A DNA stretch of 63,244 nucleotides, counting the filler, from Sluysia triapertura (Eukaryota), in assembly GCA_046118255.1 (NCBI GenBank). It is 5 parts of 5 records of this genome, joined end to end, with 100 filler letters (N's around TTAATTAATTAA, not from the genome) between each part and the next. Parts side by side here need not be neighbours in the genome. Positions count along the whole stretch, not along the records: positions 13,332 to 25,783 come from JBJNIA010107871.1; positions 25,884 to 38,893 come from JBJNIA010055216.1; 3 more parts are not named here. One strand, 5' to 3'. The notes under the pieces are model-generated. The model saw nothing but the letters and a program-made list of their open reading frames with translations. It searched no databases and was not told the DNA's origin. This document shows, one piece after another, positions 19,420 to 33,675 of the stretch. The translations under genes were made by a program, and so were the position numbers. Each line of letters begins with the position of its first letter. Within the stretch, counting starts at the first letter, position 1.

Positions 19420-20450
19420 TGAATTCAAACCAAACACAGTCACGCATCATAAACAATATCATACCTTTCTATAATGGTGTTGACCGATTCTGCGGCAACA
19501 ATTAAATGTCTTTTTTCGTTTTTCTAATACCACCCCAAATACATTAAAATGTGAAATTGACGATGTATTCGTCACATTTATTTCAAATAGGAAATCTTCA
19601 ACCACCTTTAATTGTGAACTCTTTCAAGAGCTTTTCGATCACCAACAGACCCGTTATAATCACAGAAGCAAAAGGGACCTTAAAAATTACACTCACAATA
19701 GATGGGATTCCTATATTATCTCGAAATCAAGGCATCTCTTTCTTATTGATTACCAATATACACATAACTGTACTATACAAATAGAAGCAAATTAATTCCC
19801 CACCACATTTGCAGTGCTTTGGGCGCAGTGAAAAAAACCATTAAACTATAAGAAACGCCCTTAACTATATCATAAGTATGAAATTAACTTATATAATTGG
19901 CAGGAGGTACAACATCTTCGCACGATCTGCAATCATCTATGAAACAAAAGGGGGATCTTATCTTTGTCTCCGCGCTATTTGCATTAAGTTTTGATGATAA
20001 ATATGTGTTTAAAATGTGCTTCATGCCTTAACACAAACTATTCCATGGAGAAGTAGTATTAAGACCAAGGATTCGGATAAAAAACTTCTTTGCTATCGAC
20101 CATGGAATGAAAGAAGATCATTTAAAGGATGCCAAAGACTTGTGACTTTTGGTTGGCTGCTCTCTACAAGATTCTGGTGTCAACATTCCCAGAAATAATA
20201 ATTAAAACACTACATATCCCATACGGCTGGTTAAAAGGGTATTGTTGACTTAACTTATACCATTTTAATAGCGCAAACGTCATTAAACCCTATTTCTAAG
20301 ACCAGGAGAGTATTGAAGTTATTATACCCTTTCCCTCCACGGGTAACATGCCAACAGTTAGCAAAAAATTTGGTGGCTTTATACGACACTATTGTATCTA
20401 AAGATTCCTCATTTTTGCTGCAGTTGTCTAACTTTATCTGCTATTTCTCA
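19420..20450 (+). mobile_element. Highly decayed Ty3/Gypsy-like pol remnant
   Basis: Fragments resemble the RT/RNaseH linker (LHALTQTIPW...WNERRSFKGCQRL) and integrase (LVALYDTIVSKDS, compare PDTIVSDNG); many stops. Confidence 0.45.
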
Positions 20451-21581
20451 TGCTTTTTCTACTTTTCTGCTATTTTTGATTCTTTCACTCAACATACCCA
20501 CAACACAAATTTAGATACATCAAATAAACATGAGGATTTTTGCGCTAATAATACATGTAATAAATATAAGTTCTCAACACCACATCCGTATTCTCCAAAA
20601 AGCATGCATTACAAACAGACAAAACATACCTCTGATGCTGACGAAATACTTCCCCAAAAGAAAAAGCGGTTGGACACTCCCCCAACAATGGATTTCGATG
20701 ACGTCATTGATTGGGTCGTCATCGATCTGAGCGATGAACCAGCCGAAAAGAAAGAAAATGATAAAGAGGAAGAAGTTGATGACGATAACATTGATTATAA
20801 TTGATATTTTAAATGATATTTTCGAACAATTATTGTAATCAATTTCTATTAGAATTTTAAATAGATTAGAATTATAAATTCAAATTCTTCTAAAAGCTTA
20901 AAATTCAAAACTAGATCGATTAAATTATATTAAATTACAATGATAAAAGGATTAATCAAATTTATCAAATAATACCACACGTAATCAACAAAAAAATTTT
21001 AAATTTATACTTGTTAGTCTAAGTTTAACTTCATTCAGATAAAATACAATGAATGGAACTATCAATTAAAATGTTAGAATTATCCTAAAAATCTTTAATA
21101 AAATTGTACCTTTTTTGTCTTTTTGCAGTAATCGTACCTCATTCGTTTCTCTTCGATAATAATGATGCCTTCAATAATAATGATGATGACCGTCTATTTA
21201 TATCTGTTTTCTATAGTTAATTGTTTTGTTTAATAATGCAGTTATTATAACATTTCAATAATAATGAAATAAAATTCATTTTGCTTTTGGAATAACGAAT
21301 TCGTATCATTAATTTTTTTTGAAATAATAGAATAAAATTATTAATTGCAATTATCATAATAATATAATACTATTTTAATAATGCGATAAAAGTTAATAAA
21401 ATAATATGTTTTTAATTATTAATTACATTTGTGACATTAAAGTTTTTATAATACAATAAGAATATTTACATATAAAAGTAATATTTTTTAACAATGCTTA
21501 CATTTTTTATTAATTTTTTAACAATAATATAATATAATAATATTTACATTCTAATAATATTTTATATAATATTAATGTTTA

Positions 21582-21582
<1 letters not shown>

Positions 21583-21638
<56 letters not shown>
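21583..21638. repeat. (ATT)n microsatellite
   Basis: Direct reading; abuts the SNF2 exon acceptor. Confidence 0.95.
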
Positions 21639-21642
21639 GTAG

Positions 21643-21931
21643 TTGGTAACATCTTTAAATTCTAAATGTCGCGTATTGCTGACAGCAACTCCGATACAAA
21701 ATAATTGGGAAGAATTTTATAATTTGGCTGAAATAGCGTGTCCAGGTACTAAACATTATTTTCAACAGAAATGTAAAGAACTAAAAAATATGTCAGAAAA
21801 AAATCGTTTATTAACTGCTTATATCAGCCGATTTGTGTTACGAAGAACTGTACAAGAAGTGAGTGGTACTGATAATAAAATTAATTGTCAAGCAGCAAAC
21901 ACAATAAATAATCCAATGTGGAAAAATAAAG
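21643..21931 (+). CDS. Internal exon or fragment of a SNF2-family (RAD54-like) helicase
   Basis: RVLLTATPIQNNWEEFYNL (motif III) and FVLRRT; tag acceptor ends at 21642; candidate donors gtgagt at 21859 or gttttt at 21932. Confidence 0.8.
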
Positions 21932-22297
21932 GTTTTTTTATTCTTATTATTAAATTGCATGCAAAATTTTTATAATTCCGACACGCAAAAAACATGAATG
22001 TTAATAGAGTAATATTCAATTTTAATGAATAAAAATCCTTATTTTTCGGGTTTTCTTGTTTGTTTTTAATGAAATAAGATTTGAAGATTAATATTTAGGA
22101 TCAAATGGACACGAACCGAATAAGTTTGAATTATTTTATTGGTAAACATTATTGATTAAGTAGTCGTGGATTTTTCTGTTTATGCGATTTTTTATTTAAC
22201 CCCTTGAGCCTTGATTTATTTGAACTTTTTTTAACATATTGAATGTATTTAATTTTACTGTAATATCATGATGAAAACATTTATTTTATAAACATAA

Positions 22298-23722
22298 CTA
22301 AAGTGTTGTGGGCATCTTTAAACTTTTTGTTAACTTTAAGTTTTTAACAATTTTATATTTTTTATCTTTCAAGAAATTAACAACTATCAAATTAAAACAA
22401 CTAATTAATTTAACTTTTATTAAAAAGGGCTTAAGGCCCGAATTAACTACCAAATAAAACAATTTCAACACATAATAACAAACAGCGTGTATTAATTTAT
22501 GCAATGAAATATATAATAATAACGTTAAACAAATAAACAAAAAATGGAATACTTTGTTAGATAAGATCAGATTCATTTGTTGAACTGTAGGGAAAACATT
22601 CCAAATATCATCTGAGTTATTAAACTTATAACAAGGATGTTTGAATCGATATAATTTCACTACGAAACTGACCAAGAGTAAAAGACACAAGCTAGCAATA
22701 AATTCCAAAACTAATTTCAATAATTTATTTTTGTTGTTCAATTTCATAATGCCATAAATTATAATAGTACCTATAGTACATGCACCATATGAAGCTGCAA
22801 CAATTAAGAACTTGAATAGATTATAAGTGTAAGCTATGAAACGGTGCAAAATAACTGCTAAAATTAAAGAATTTAAGTATATGAATAAAATGCTAGCAAA
22901 CAAAATAAAATCATTTGTTGAGACATTTGTACTGTTCGTATTTCCCAACTTCTTATATCTCAATATTAATAACATAATAAATAAATTTCTTGGACAAATT
23001 AATGACATTGACTTTATCATATCTTCACTTCCATTACAATAAAACACGCTTAGATATAAACTAAGTGGAATTCCAGTAGTAAGCGATAGTTGGTTACTTG
23101 GTGAATTAGACTTAATAATTTCTAAACCATAAATTATAAAAGTTGTGATTTGAGCAACTACAATAAATGGTATAAGTAATGGCGGTGGATAACAACTATA
23201 AGCATCGATGTAGCTTTCAGCTAGTTCATTCTTTGATTTATATCGTTCTTCCTCTAAAGTTTTACTCAATTCATAATCACCTGAAAAATATGAATCAATT
23301 ATATCAGAAGAGGACTTTAATGCTAATGTTATTAAAAACTGTTTGGCAAATGATCTATCACGTGGTTCAATATTAAGCATAAATAATCGGAATTCCTGAT
23401 AAGTTACTTTTCCATCTTTGTTAGAATCTAATTTCAATATCAATCGATTAAGTTTTTGTCGATGCAAACCGTATTTATCTGTTTTGAGTAAAGATAATAA
23501 TTTTTCAACTGGCATTCCCTCTTCCCCATGTTCTTCGAACAATGTTTGAAATGTTTGATCTAACCAGTAACCGTACAGGTCTTCTGATAAAACACTTGTA
23601 GTCATATTCATATGTGACCTCAAATTAAGTATTTGAGTCATTGAGTTGCTTTTTATATTAGTTTGTTCAAGATCAAAAGATATATTAACATGACCAGTTT
23701 GACATGGATTTTGCGAAACCAT
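22298..23722 (-). CDS. EF-hand-containing rhomboid-like membrane protein, intronless, 474 aa, with a divergent catalytic region
   Basis: EF-hand DSNKDGKVTYQEF; Y.D.YSCYPPP followed by TM1, typical of RHBDL1/3-type rhomboids; multi-TM C-terminal half with AASYG in place of GASGG. Confidence 0.7.
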   Translation of the reverse strand: MVSQNPCQTGHVNISFDLEQTNIKSNSMTQILNLRSHMNMTTSVLSEDLYGYWLDQTFQTLFEEHGEEGMPVEKLLSLLKTDKYGLHRQKLNRLILKLDSNKDGKVTYQEFRLFMLNIEPRDRSFAKQFLITLALKSSSDIIDSYFSGDYELSKTLEEERYKSKNELAESYIDAYSCYPPPLLIPFIVVAQITTFIIYGLEIIKSNSPSNQLSLTTGIPLSLYLSVFYCNGSEDMIKSMSLICPRNLFIMLLILRYKKLGNTNSTNVSTNDFILFASILFIYLNSLILAVILHRFIAYTYNLFKFLIVAASYGACTIGTIIIYGIMKLNNKNKLLKLVLEFIASLCLLLLVSFVVKLYRFKHPCYKFNNSDDIWNVFPTVQQMNLILSNKVFHFLFICLTLLLYISLHKLIHAVCYYVLKLFYLVVNSGLKPFLIKVKLISCFNLIVVNFLKDKKYKIVKNLKLTKSLKMPTTL

Positions 23723-25783
23723 AATGTATAGTTTGTACTTTCATAAAATCAATAAATGTTTATACAATTTGGATATACTATTTATTATTAGAAATAATAA
23801 TTTATATATTTTTGTGAAAATATTGAATTAGCGAATGAAATTACGAAATAGATTAGATATTTTTAGATTCAAAATGTCCAATTGCAATCTGATAACGAAT
23901 TTAGTGATTCATTTTCTGACTCATTTGTTATATTTAATTTTAAAATATAATTAAAATTAAAAATTAACTTTCAAATTTTAGATTTTAAAAGAAAAGTAAT
24001 TAATTAATTTAAATTAATATACATGATTATTTTAATTTTAATATTAAAAATAATAAATATAAAAAGTACAAAATTAGATATTTTAAAATATTATTTAGTA
24101 TTTAAGTATTTTATAATTTATATTTTTTAAGCAATCCGATTTTTAAGCAAACTAAAAAAATATTAAATATTATCAGATTTTGGTTCAAAAAGAACAAATT
24201 TAAAACGAAAAAAATGGAAATGGTTACGAAAATTTAAAAGTTATTATATTGGATTCTTCTGGGACGCCACAGTATTTTCAAAGTGTCAATGAAGGTGTTT
24301 CGTAAATAAATACAAAATCTCCTGACAATAATATTTAAACAATATTGTTTATTTTCAAATTCTTCAAAATTCATTATGTTAACATGAGACATAAGTATTT
24401 TTTTCTTGGATACAAAAATTAACTTCAATATTTTATAATGCATTTATAAAATGAATATAAATTAAAATAGAGAATTGTTTAAATATTCACATTATTATAA
24501 ATCCAAAAATTTATTCAATTTACAATCATGCAATAAATGTCAACACCATATCTTGAAATTTCGGTCAAATTACGAAAAATAGAGTAGTTGAAGTTAGAAA
24601 AGCAAAAAATCCAAGTTGAATATAGTGATACTAGAAAGTACTGCAAAAAATTGGTACCAAAGGTTTAACGGTAAATATATAAGATTAAAAGTCCTAAATC
24701 CTTTTATTTAATTTTCAAAGAGATAAATAAGCAATAATGTATTCGATCTATGCGTCAAGGTCCTTATGAGTTATGTTAAAAATTAAAATTAAAATCTCAA
24801 CTTAAATTAATAATAAAAATTATTGTTAAACTAAAATTATATTAAAATTTATAATTAATTTAATTATAAAAATTGAATTAATATTAAAAAATTAATTCAA
24901 TTACAGTAGTAATTTAGAAATTAAATTAATAAAATCTTTTAATAATAAAATTTATGGACATCAGGAAATAAATAATAAGAATTATTAATAGAATTAATAA
25001 TTAAATGTTGAGTTTTAGTAGAAGTGTGTAAGTGACTTTACTTTATGTGACTTCCTTACTCACTTAAGGGCTAACACGTAAGTGACGTATAAAATAAGAT
25101 TTAAAAAATCAAAAAATAAATTATTATGTAGAGGTCAACGCTTCGTAAAAGATCTAATGGAACGATGTCAAAGGTTTAGTTTCCGTCTTCTTGCAGTGAC
25201 GAGTTTATAGATACTGATTTTACTTAAGATCTATTACACAAATTTTAAATACCAAGTCGATTATTTCTTCGTATTTGTCATTGTTTTGTCTTAATTCAAG
25301 TATTTTATTTATTTATCTTACCGTTACAATTCGTCAGATCCCCTATCTCAATTCCTCAATAACGTTCACCTTATTCTGTTATCCTGAGTCTTAAACTTTT
25401 ATATCTACCTTTACCCTTCACTAATCCCAACACTGTAGACGAATCCGTATAAAATAATTTTGCGCATAGGTACAAATAAATAAATATAAACCTATCAAAT
25501 GTGAAGTTAATTATTCAAATTAATCAATTTTAGAAGATTTGTCAAAGGTAATCTAATTTAGTTTGAGTAATGAGTATCCGTTTTGTTCCAACAAAGAAGG
25601 TGAGTAAATGTAGATTTTGTTTTATTTGTTAATTATAGATTTTAGAGATAAATGCCATTAAAATTTTGTAGAGGCATGATTTTAATCATTATCTTAAAGT
25701 AAAAAATTATTATTTTTGTATTTTTTAATCATTATGTATTTAAGTATAAATTAATTATTTTAAAGTAAAAAATTATTATTTAT

Positions 25784-25883
25784 NNNNNNNNNNNNNNNNN
25801 NNNNNNNNNNNNNNNNNNNNNNNNNNNTTAATTAATTAANNNNNNNNNNNNNNNNNNNNNNNNNNNNNNNNNNNNNNNNNNNN
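25784..25883. other. Artificial contig spacer
   Basis: 44 N + TTAATTAATTAA + 44 N. Confidence 0.98.
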
Positions 25884-27392
25884 ACTGCCACTTAATGTAA
25901 GAAAATTCGAAGTCAACAAAAAAAATTAATATTACGCTTATTATTTCTTGGATTCCACATTAGCATCGAAGCCGGTGCTCTGGTTTATTTTCAGTTAATT
26001 ATTCAGAAAAGGAATCTTAATTCTCATTTTATTTTATATTTAAGAGATTTAAAACTTGAAGAAAATTTAAAATGTGTAAAGAAACTTAAGCTCATTTTTA
26101 ATTTGATCACACAACATAAAAGCTTTAAGCCTATTACAAGTTATTTAATACAACTTCAATGCACTAAGCCAAATACAAATATTAAACTTGTCTTTTATGT
26201 TTTATAATTTTGTTTGGGTTAATGGTATAAAAAAATTTAAAACAGTTGTAGAATCATGTTGTGAGAATATTTATAAAAACTGAAGAACACATAAGATTTA
26301 ATTAAAACAATCAATATGATTAAATCTAATAATATCTAAGAATATGCAAAATGTTTAAATAATTGGAATTTTATTTCAAATATGTAATTTAGTAAAGATT
26401 GATTATTTTAATAATTTAAAATAGAAATGAGTGCAGGATAAGTATAAATAACAGTTAAAATCACTAAATCTGCTCACAAAAATCGAACAACAAACCTACA
26501 ACACAATATTCTCATCTCAATTTTTCTCAAGAAACAATCAACCACTGCGCTACTAACTTTAATTTTTTATTCTCTCAGCTTAATAATTGTTAAGATCACC
26601 TTACGTAGATCAGAATAAAATCTTACTTAAATAAATTAATTTAAAATTACCATAACACCAATTTAAATTCTTTATTGAAAGTTTACTGAGTGAACCCCAC
26701 TTAATAAATACCTCTTATTTTTATTATAATACTTTTTGACACTTGTTAACTTTGTAATAAAATAAAATTTTTTGTTATTTAAAATATATTTTCTAGTATT
26801 ATAATAATATAATATTTTATATTATCTTATATTATGATCACTCGAATATCATGAATGTCGTGAACGTTTACAATACGATAAGTAATTACTTTATATCGAG
26901 GAGGTTAGTACTGATGTCTCTGAATTGTAAATTTTAGTAGTTAAAATCTCAAAATCCGTACACTTAGAAATACGTTAAGGTATATTTAATAACAAAATGA
27001 GGACTAATTTAATTTTTACTTTAAGTGGTATCGAATAATTTGTCTATTCCTCATAATTGTCAACCAGAACTTTTGTCCAAATAATTCTATCAACGAGAAC
27101 TGTCAATTACAAATATTTTTATGAAAAATTTATAAAATTATAAGTTTTTATTTTTTTTATATTTTGCTAATATTTTAATTGTTCGAGTTGAACTTTGATA
27201 TGTGTTAGCGGAAAGGCACTCTCCTCAAATATTTCTTAAGCGGATCATTGCTCCTGCAATGCATTTAAGTTGGACTCTGTTCTTTATATAAAAATTATAT
27301 GTATTCCTTGAAGCAAAAGTTTGGGAAATCCTAATTTACCGAATTATCAATATATCATTTAATACAAAAAATTTACGATATTAAAAAAATAC

Positions 27393-27694
27393 CTTATTAT
27401 CTTCAAATAAGTCTAATTTAGCTTCCAATACTTGTTTTACTTCTTCAAATTTCAATCGTTTACTATCCAAACTTGTTTGCAATTCTTCCAATTTTATAAC
27501 GTTTTTACTTTTAATATCAGAACTCGTTTGTTGTAATTGTTGTTGTTGTACTATAGATAGCATACGTTCAGCTTGGGTTTTGTAACCATCATATTCTGCA
27601 CGTGCATTCTCATAAGACTGTGTCGTCAGTAGCATGTCAGGTATGGTCTTAGATATTAATGTATCCAAAGCATCACATGATTCCGTCAAACGAG
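27393..27694 (-). CDS. Arfaptin (AH/BAR domain), exon 2
   Basis: TLISKTIPDMLLTTQSYENARAEYDGY...KLDLFEDNK; ttttag acceptor and gtattt donor; phase-1 join with the exon ending at 33676 gives ...RILI-ARLTES... Confidence 0.85.
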
Positions 27695-28959
27695 CTAAAA
27701 TAGTATTTATAATAAATTTATAATATTAATTAAATTGGAGTAATATTTGTGTACAAAATTTTTATTGTCCGAAAATATCATATCTCTTGTAAAAGATAAC
27801 ATGTCAATGCATTTTAAAAAGTTGCGTAGAGTTAATACATGCATAGCAAAACTTATACAAAAAAATAAAAATCAAATGTACTAAAAATTTTATATAAAAG
27901 TGTAAAATTGTGATGGATTAATTTATAATCTTTAAAAGAAATACTCAACAATTACATGAACATCCCAGATTCATAAAACACATAATATAATCTCAAATCT
28001 TAATCATTGTAAATCACTTTACAATTCATAAAACACTCAACAAAACCCTTAATCTAATTCATAAATTCACTTCGTATCTACACTTTTTATATCAGCAAAC
28101 AACACCATTTCACAAAAGAAAATAAACACATTACACTATTCAAGGCATTCACCAAATTCAAAAACAGATACAAGACTCAATAATGAAACAAAGTCACCTT
28201 GCAACTCAAAAGCACTCAGCAAATCTTTAATCATATTTACGTAGAATATCAACATAATATTCATTAAAAATTTTAATAAAATATTGTACATAAAGATGTA
28301 TGTAACGGAATGTCTGAAAATACTGTGTGGTACTCTAATTAGGTTCGAATGTTAGTTAAAATGAAATCACGTTTACTATGTCTGAATGCTCGATAATTAA
28401 AGGAAAAAGTAAAATGTCTTAGAAATACTTGAATGTTTCAATAGTAAAATCATCTTAACTTGAAATTGTATAGAAACCATATGAAATTAAAACTTAAAAA
28501 CATTAAACCTCAGTATCATAATTGATTAGATAAACAAAATTATTTTAAAATAAGATTACATTGAAATAATATGAAATTAAAATTTAGAAACATTATAACC
28601 GATCAATGTCATTTTAAAATAAGATTTAAATATTTTCCAGATAAAATTTGAATTTTAAATTATTATTATAATGAAAGTAATAAGCAATATAAATCTCTTA
28701 GTGCAAACCAGAATTTAATAATCATTATTATGTCTAAGAAGATATCTAATTTCATGATTACTACTATAAATATCATTTAATACTTTTGTACAATTTTTAA
28801 AAATTTTATATGGATTTATTAATAAATTCTTTAATATCTTCGAATGCCTTTTATCTCAATGAATTCTATATGTGTTTATAGTTAAAGTAACTTTCTTTAT
28901 ATTCTCGCCTTATTTTAAATTTTAAAATTCAAACTCTTTAATGCAAACTTTATCAAATA

Positions 28960-30480
28960 TTAATACTTCGAATTATTTTGTAACGAATTCTTAACTTTTA
29001 ATTCTTATGTATTCTTAATCTTCAATAATAGTCTAAACTTCTTCGATTATATATTATTACTTGTTGACAATAGCTTAAAGTCTCGTAATGTTGATTTTAT
29101 CTTAGACTCCTTATAGTCTCGTTTTATAAGTAATCTTTGTGCTTTGGATTTATTTATATAAATGTGAGCTTGGATACTCGTTCCGATGACGCAAGTAAGT
29201 TTTTGTTTGCTTTTATTTGCGAGGATACTTAGATTTGACTTTGATTACTATATGAATAAATATTATTTTGTTTCACTTTATTTTATTTTGTTCTATTTTA
29301 TTTTATGAGGATACTCGAATTCGATCTTTTGAAACAAATGCTACTTTGTTCTACTTAATTTTACTTTACTCTATTTTAGTTTATCCTTCCATCAGGGCTC
29401 TCTCCCCTTACTTAACAATTGTTTAACAAAAAAGGAATTCAAAAAGAAAACATTTATCAGACAAATGCTTAAAATTTTTGATAACAAGATACAAAATGTT
29501 AAATAATTTAGCAATAAGAAACTGTAAATAAAAAAATTAAAATAAGATAATTTAATTTTCCAGACAAATAATAATTACCGTTTACCTTTACCTATTTTAT
29601 TAAAAGTCCACAATCAATAATAAACTCAAAATTTTCTCAGATTGTTCAGGTAGAGTTTGAGAGACTTGTTTGAGTTTCGTATATAATAATTTAAATTGAT
29701 CAATTAAGATCGAAAATTATCAAACAAATATCAAAATCGTCGTTCAAAAATCGATAAAAATTTGCATAAAAGTTCATCAAACTTTTCTTCGTTATATCAG
29801 TTTGTCTATTTATACCGTTTTTACATATGAATTGTAATTATTTTATATGTATATAGTTAGTGATACATTAGTTATATAATTATTTTAGTAATAATAATTT
29901 ATAAGTAATGCAGTAAAAATTAGTAAGAGTTTACAAGAAAATAAGTAGCATGGTAAAGTTTACTAATAATAAATAATACATTAATAATAATTTACAAGTA
30001 GTAATAATACATTAATTTTCAAATGGTAATAATACATTAAAAGTTAATAATAATTTACGAATAAGTAATAATAAGTTAACGAATAAATTTTAATTATATG
30101 CTGTTTATATTAAATTTCTTTTTAATATGATTTTTCTCGATTATAATGATTTTAATATTTTATAATTTGATATTACATTATTCTTTCTGTTCTGCCTAAT
30201 CTTTAGTTTAAATTAATTTTAATCGAAAATGTTATTAACTTTTAATTATATACTAATTTTATTCAATCTCAATTTAATATAATTTTAACTCCAATCTTAG
30301 AATGATCTTCGTGTTCTTAAAATTTTATGTTATATTGTCTTTATAGAATCTCATTTTAAGATGATTATTTATTTATTTCAATTTAAAACTATTTGTTATT
30401 AAATTTTGAATTAATATTAACTCTATTAAATCTCATTTTAAATTGATATCATTATAATTTTAATGATAATAAATTTAAAT
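28960..30480. repeat. Dispersed AT-rich repeat family with inverted copies in contig 5
   Basis: About 28960-29190 matches the reverse complement of about 56215-56470; about 30190-30480 matches the reverse complement of about 53570-53930 and 55380-55660. Confidence 0.7.
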
Positions 30481-32749
30481 TAAATAAATTTTACATTTGA
30501 TTTGAAAACTTAAGACTTAAAATAAATTAAAATTGAAATTTAAAATAAATGAATATTATGTTACACTTTTATAGCATTTAAATTTACTGTATTTATAGTA
30601 TTTTAGGTAACTTTTATATTAATTTCATGACATGTATATGATAATCATAATTATTATTTGTAATTAAGCAAGAAATTAATATGCAGCTGAGTGTATATTT
30701 AAAGATAGAACTAAATTAGTATAATAAAATTTGGATAAAATTTTTGATTTTAGATTCTTGATTATAAATTTTTGATTATAAAATTTTATGGAGATAGAAA
30801 TTAACCAAAACTAACAAATATATAAATTTCTGATTATCGAAGATAAGTTCTGGAGTATTAATCGGAAGCTTATTATTGATTTCTGCTTTACAGTGTTTAA
30901 AAAATACAAAAAAATTCAATTTGTTTATGAAATTTTTTCCTTTACATTTGTACAAAGAACTATATTTAATTCATTCATATAATTGTCTAAATAACAGTTA
31001 TTAATTTATTTTTTTATATCTGTAAAATTTCAAAAGAAAAAAGGGATTGGAAATAAAGTTCAATCAGATAAGAATAAGAATATATAACTTCAAAATAAAA
31101 TATAAATAGAATTTTAAAGAATACAGTGAAATAAGATTCTAGTAAATGAAATTTTAAGTGATAAATTATAAGTTGTTAAGAATTTCCATATCATAGAACT
31201 GAGACGATTATAGGATTCACGTTACCAATTATATAAATATTTAATAGACATAGATAATCATCAAGCAAAGTTCTTTGTTAGTTAGAGTCTGATATCGAGA
31301 AAAAAATTAAGGGATAATACAGATCAAAAGTAATACAGTATAATACAAATTGGGTTTTTTTCTAGTGAACAATTGATAGAAAATAACTAATATTTGACAA
31401 GATTATATACTTTAAGATAATAGACTTATATTAAAGCGTTTCATAATTTAAGAGCTCAAAATAATTTGATTTTGTTATAGAAAAGCAATTATAAACTAAA
31501 ACTTCTTAAAGCTTTAGCCAATGTAAGTGTTTTGTTTGATAATGGCTATATGTTTCATACGTTATAATTTTTATATTGTGGATCAAATTAAGTCGATTGC
31601 TTCGTATTTGTCTTTACTTTGTAGAATAGATTTTGAACTCATCAATTTAATCTTAAGGATACAGATTATTAAATTAAGTAATATTCAACGTAATAAAGTT
31701 GATAAAGGAATACAATTAAGTGTCACAGAACCACTTTCCCCATTTGACAAGACTAAATCATATATACTTATTTTTTAACTACTTGAAATGTATTGAAGTG
31801 TTTCTTAGACTTAAGATCAGATATGACCGTTTTAACAATGACATTAATTACGTCCAATAGCGGTAGTATTATAAAAAGGTTCTTTTATGAAATATATTTA
31901 AAAAATAGTAAAGATTTATGCTTTCATACTCGGAAAATTAAATTTAATTTTTTCCTAATAATTTTTACCTCATGATTATACCGAAGGAATAAATATTTCT
32001 TATATGATTACGTAAATCACAATAATATCTGTCACATTTTGAAGTTTTCAAACATTACTATTATAGTATCTCCAAATATAACTCAATACACTCAGCATAA
32101 CATTTCATTCCTAAGATATGCAGCAAATTATAAAAACGTTCAAACTCAATAATTAAAATTATTTCATAAAGTTGGTTCCAGGTAAATTATAAAATCATTA
32201 TTTCACAAAAATTTCTATCAGGTTCACATTACAAAAAATGTAACTAACTGTATACGCAATTTCATTCTCTTTTCATTAATGTATACAATCTTTTCCGAAA
32301 AATTGCTATCCTCTTTTTTCAACTCGTTCGTCTTAGATAATTTGTAGTTATGTTTCATCGAGTAATACCAATTTTGAGAAAATTTTGTTAATATTAGATA
32401 TCGTTTCAAGATGCACTCTTTCTCGCCATCAAAAAGTTTTTTTTAATTCAAACCTAATTTATATACCAACTATTAGTATTTTTGATTGAATTATCATTTT
32501 TCTATGAAGGTTATAAGTAAACAATGTGATATCTTTTCTTGCTTTTAAATGCTAAAAATTAAGCACTTTATGCAATTCAAGAGGATTGCATACTTTTCAA
32601 TCGCATACCGAAAAATGTAAACAAACTCAGTATGACAAACAATATTTTCAAACTTACATATCATATATTTGTTGAAATACAACTTTTTTTCATAAGTTTT
32701 AGCAGCACCATTTTTCAAAATGTATACCCGAAAATTCCTAGAAAATTCT

Positions 32750-33420
32750 CATTCTTAAGACCGTGAATGTTGCAAAAGTTACAAAACTGTATTAGATAAA
32801 TATGTCTTTATAAGTAATGATTTTTCACAAAGTCTAAAGAGTTAGATCCAAAGAATTCATATACAAAGGGCTACATTCAAAATTCGTTTCTTTGTAGGAT
32901 TTTGAGCAACATTTGAAATATGTAGTCTGGTGTTATCGGAGTCTTGTTTAGTCCAAACTCTCAACATTTATTATTATAATGAGGTCTTTGTGAAGAAGTT
33001 CAAAGTGCAATATGCCTTTCATCACTACAATGTATGACATTCTTATAGACTGAGAGTTGAAGTTTTTTAACACTTGTATTCCAAGTTTGTCTTCGATAAA
33101 TCGACTTTATAACATTGAGGTTTTGAGATAATCACAAATCTTTGCTCATACTAAATTCATTAAAATATAACCAAGAATGTATAAGTAATTTTGAAGCAAG
33201 TTAACGAATTGTCAAATAAGTATTACTCTCAACCAAATCAAAAAGTTCATTAAAATTCAGTAGAAAACAACCTTAACAAAATTTTTGTTTTGTAAAACTG
33301 GTTTGATATTAAAACGTCTTTTCACCATAAAGCTTAGTTAGTGTTCTTCATTATTAAAAATCTTCAAAACTTCACCAAAATGATGCATAGATCTTTACGC
33401 AAAATAATAAATAGACACAT
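32750..33420 (-). mobile_element. Decayed mariner transposase inside the arfaptin intron
   Basis: Broken motifs LYGEKT, KGILHFELL, DNTRLH and SLDL, in the order of mariner G.I.YELL, DNARPH and YSPDL. Confidence 0.6.
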
Positions 33421-33675
33421 TGAAAAAATTGTTATTTAGAGATCACTTTCTTTACGCCTTTAGTACAGGTTATATTGAAATGCTTAGTTTTTCACCTTAA
33501 AATGTAAAACTCATATTAGATACTTGTGCGTTTGTTCTAATTTCTTTTATAAATTCTTTGAAAGCATTTATAAAAATGCATACACTACTTTTTCAGTATT
33601 ATCAATATTTAATGTGTTAAAACAATGCTTCAATATAAGAATGAAAATAAAAGATGTGTATTTAACTTAACTAAC

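Noticed and set aside
20313-20804. 163-aa ORF as a host gene
   Set aside because: Starts at TTG, its N-terminal part overlaps a decayed integrase-like remnant, and the acidic tail has no recognisable family.
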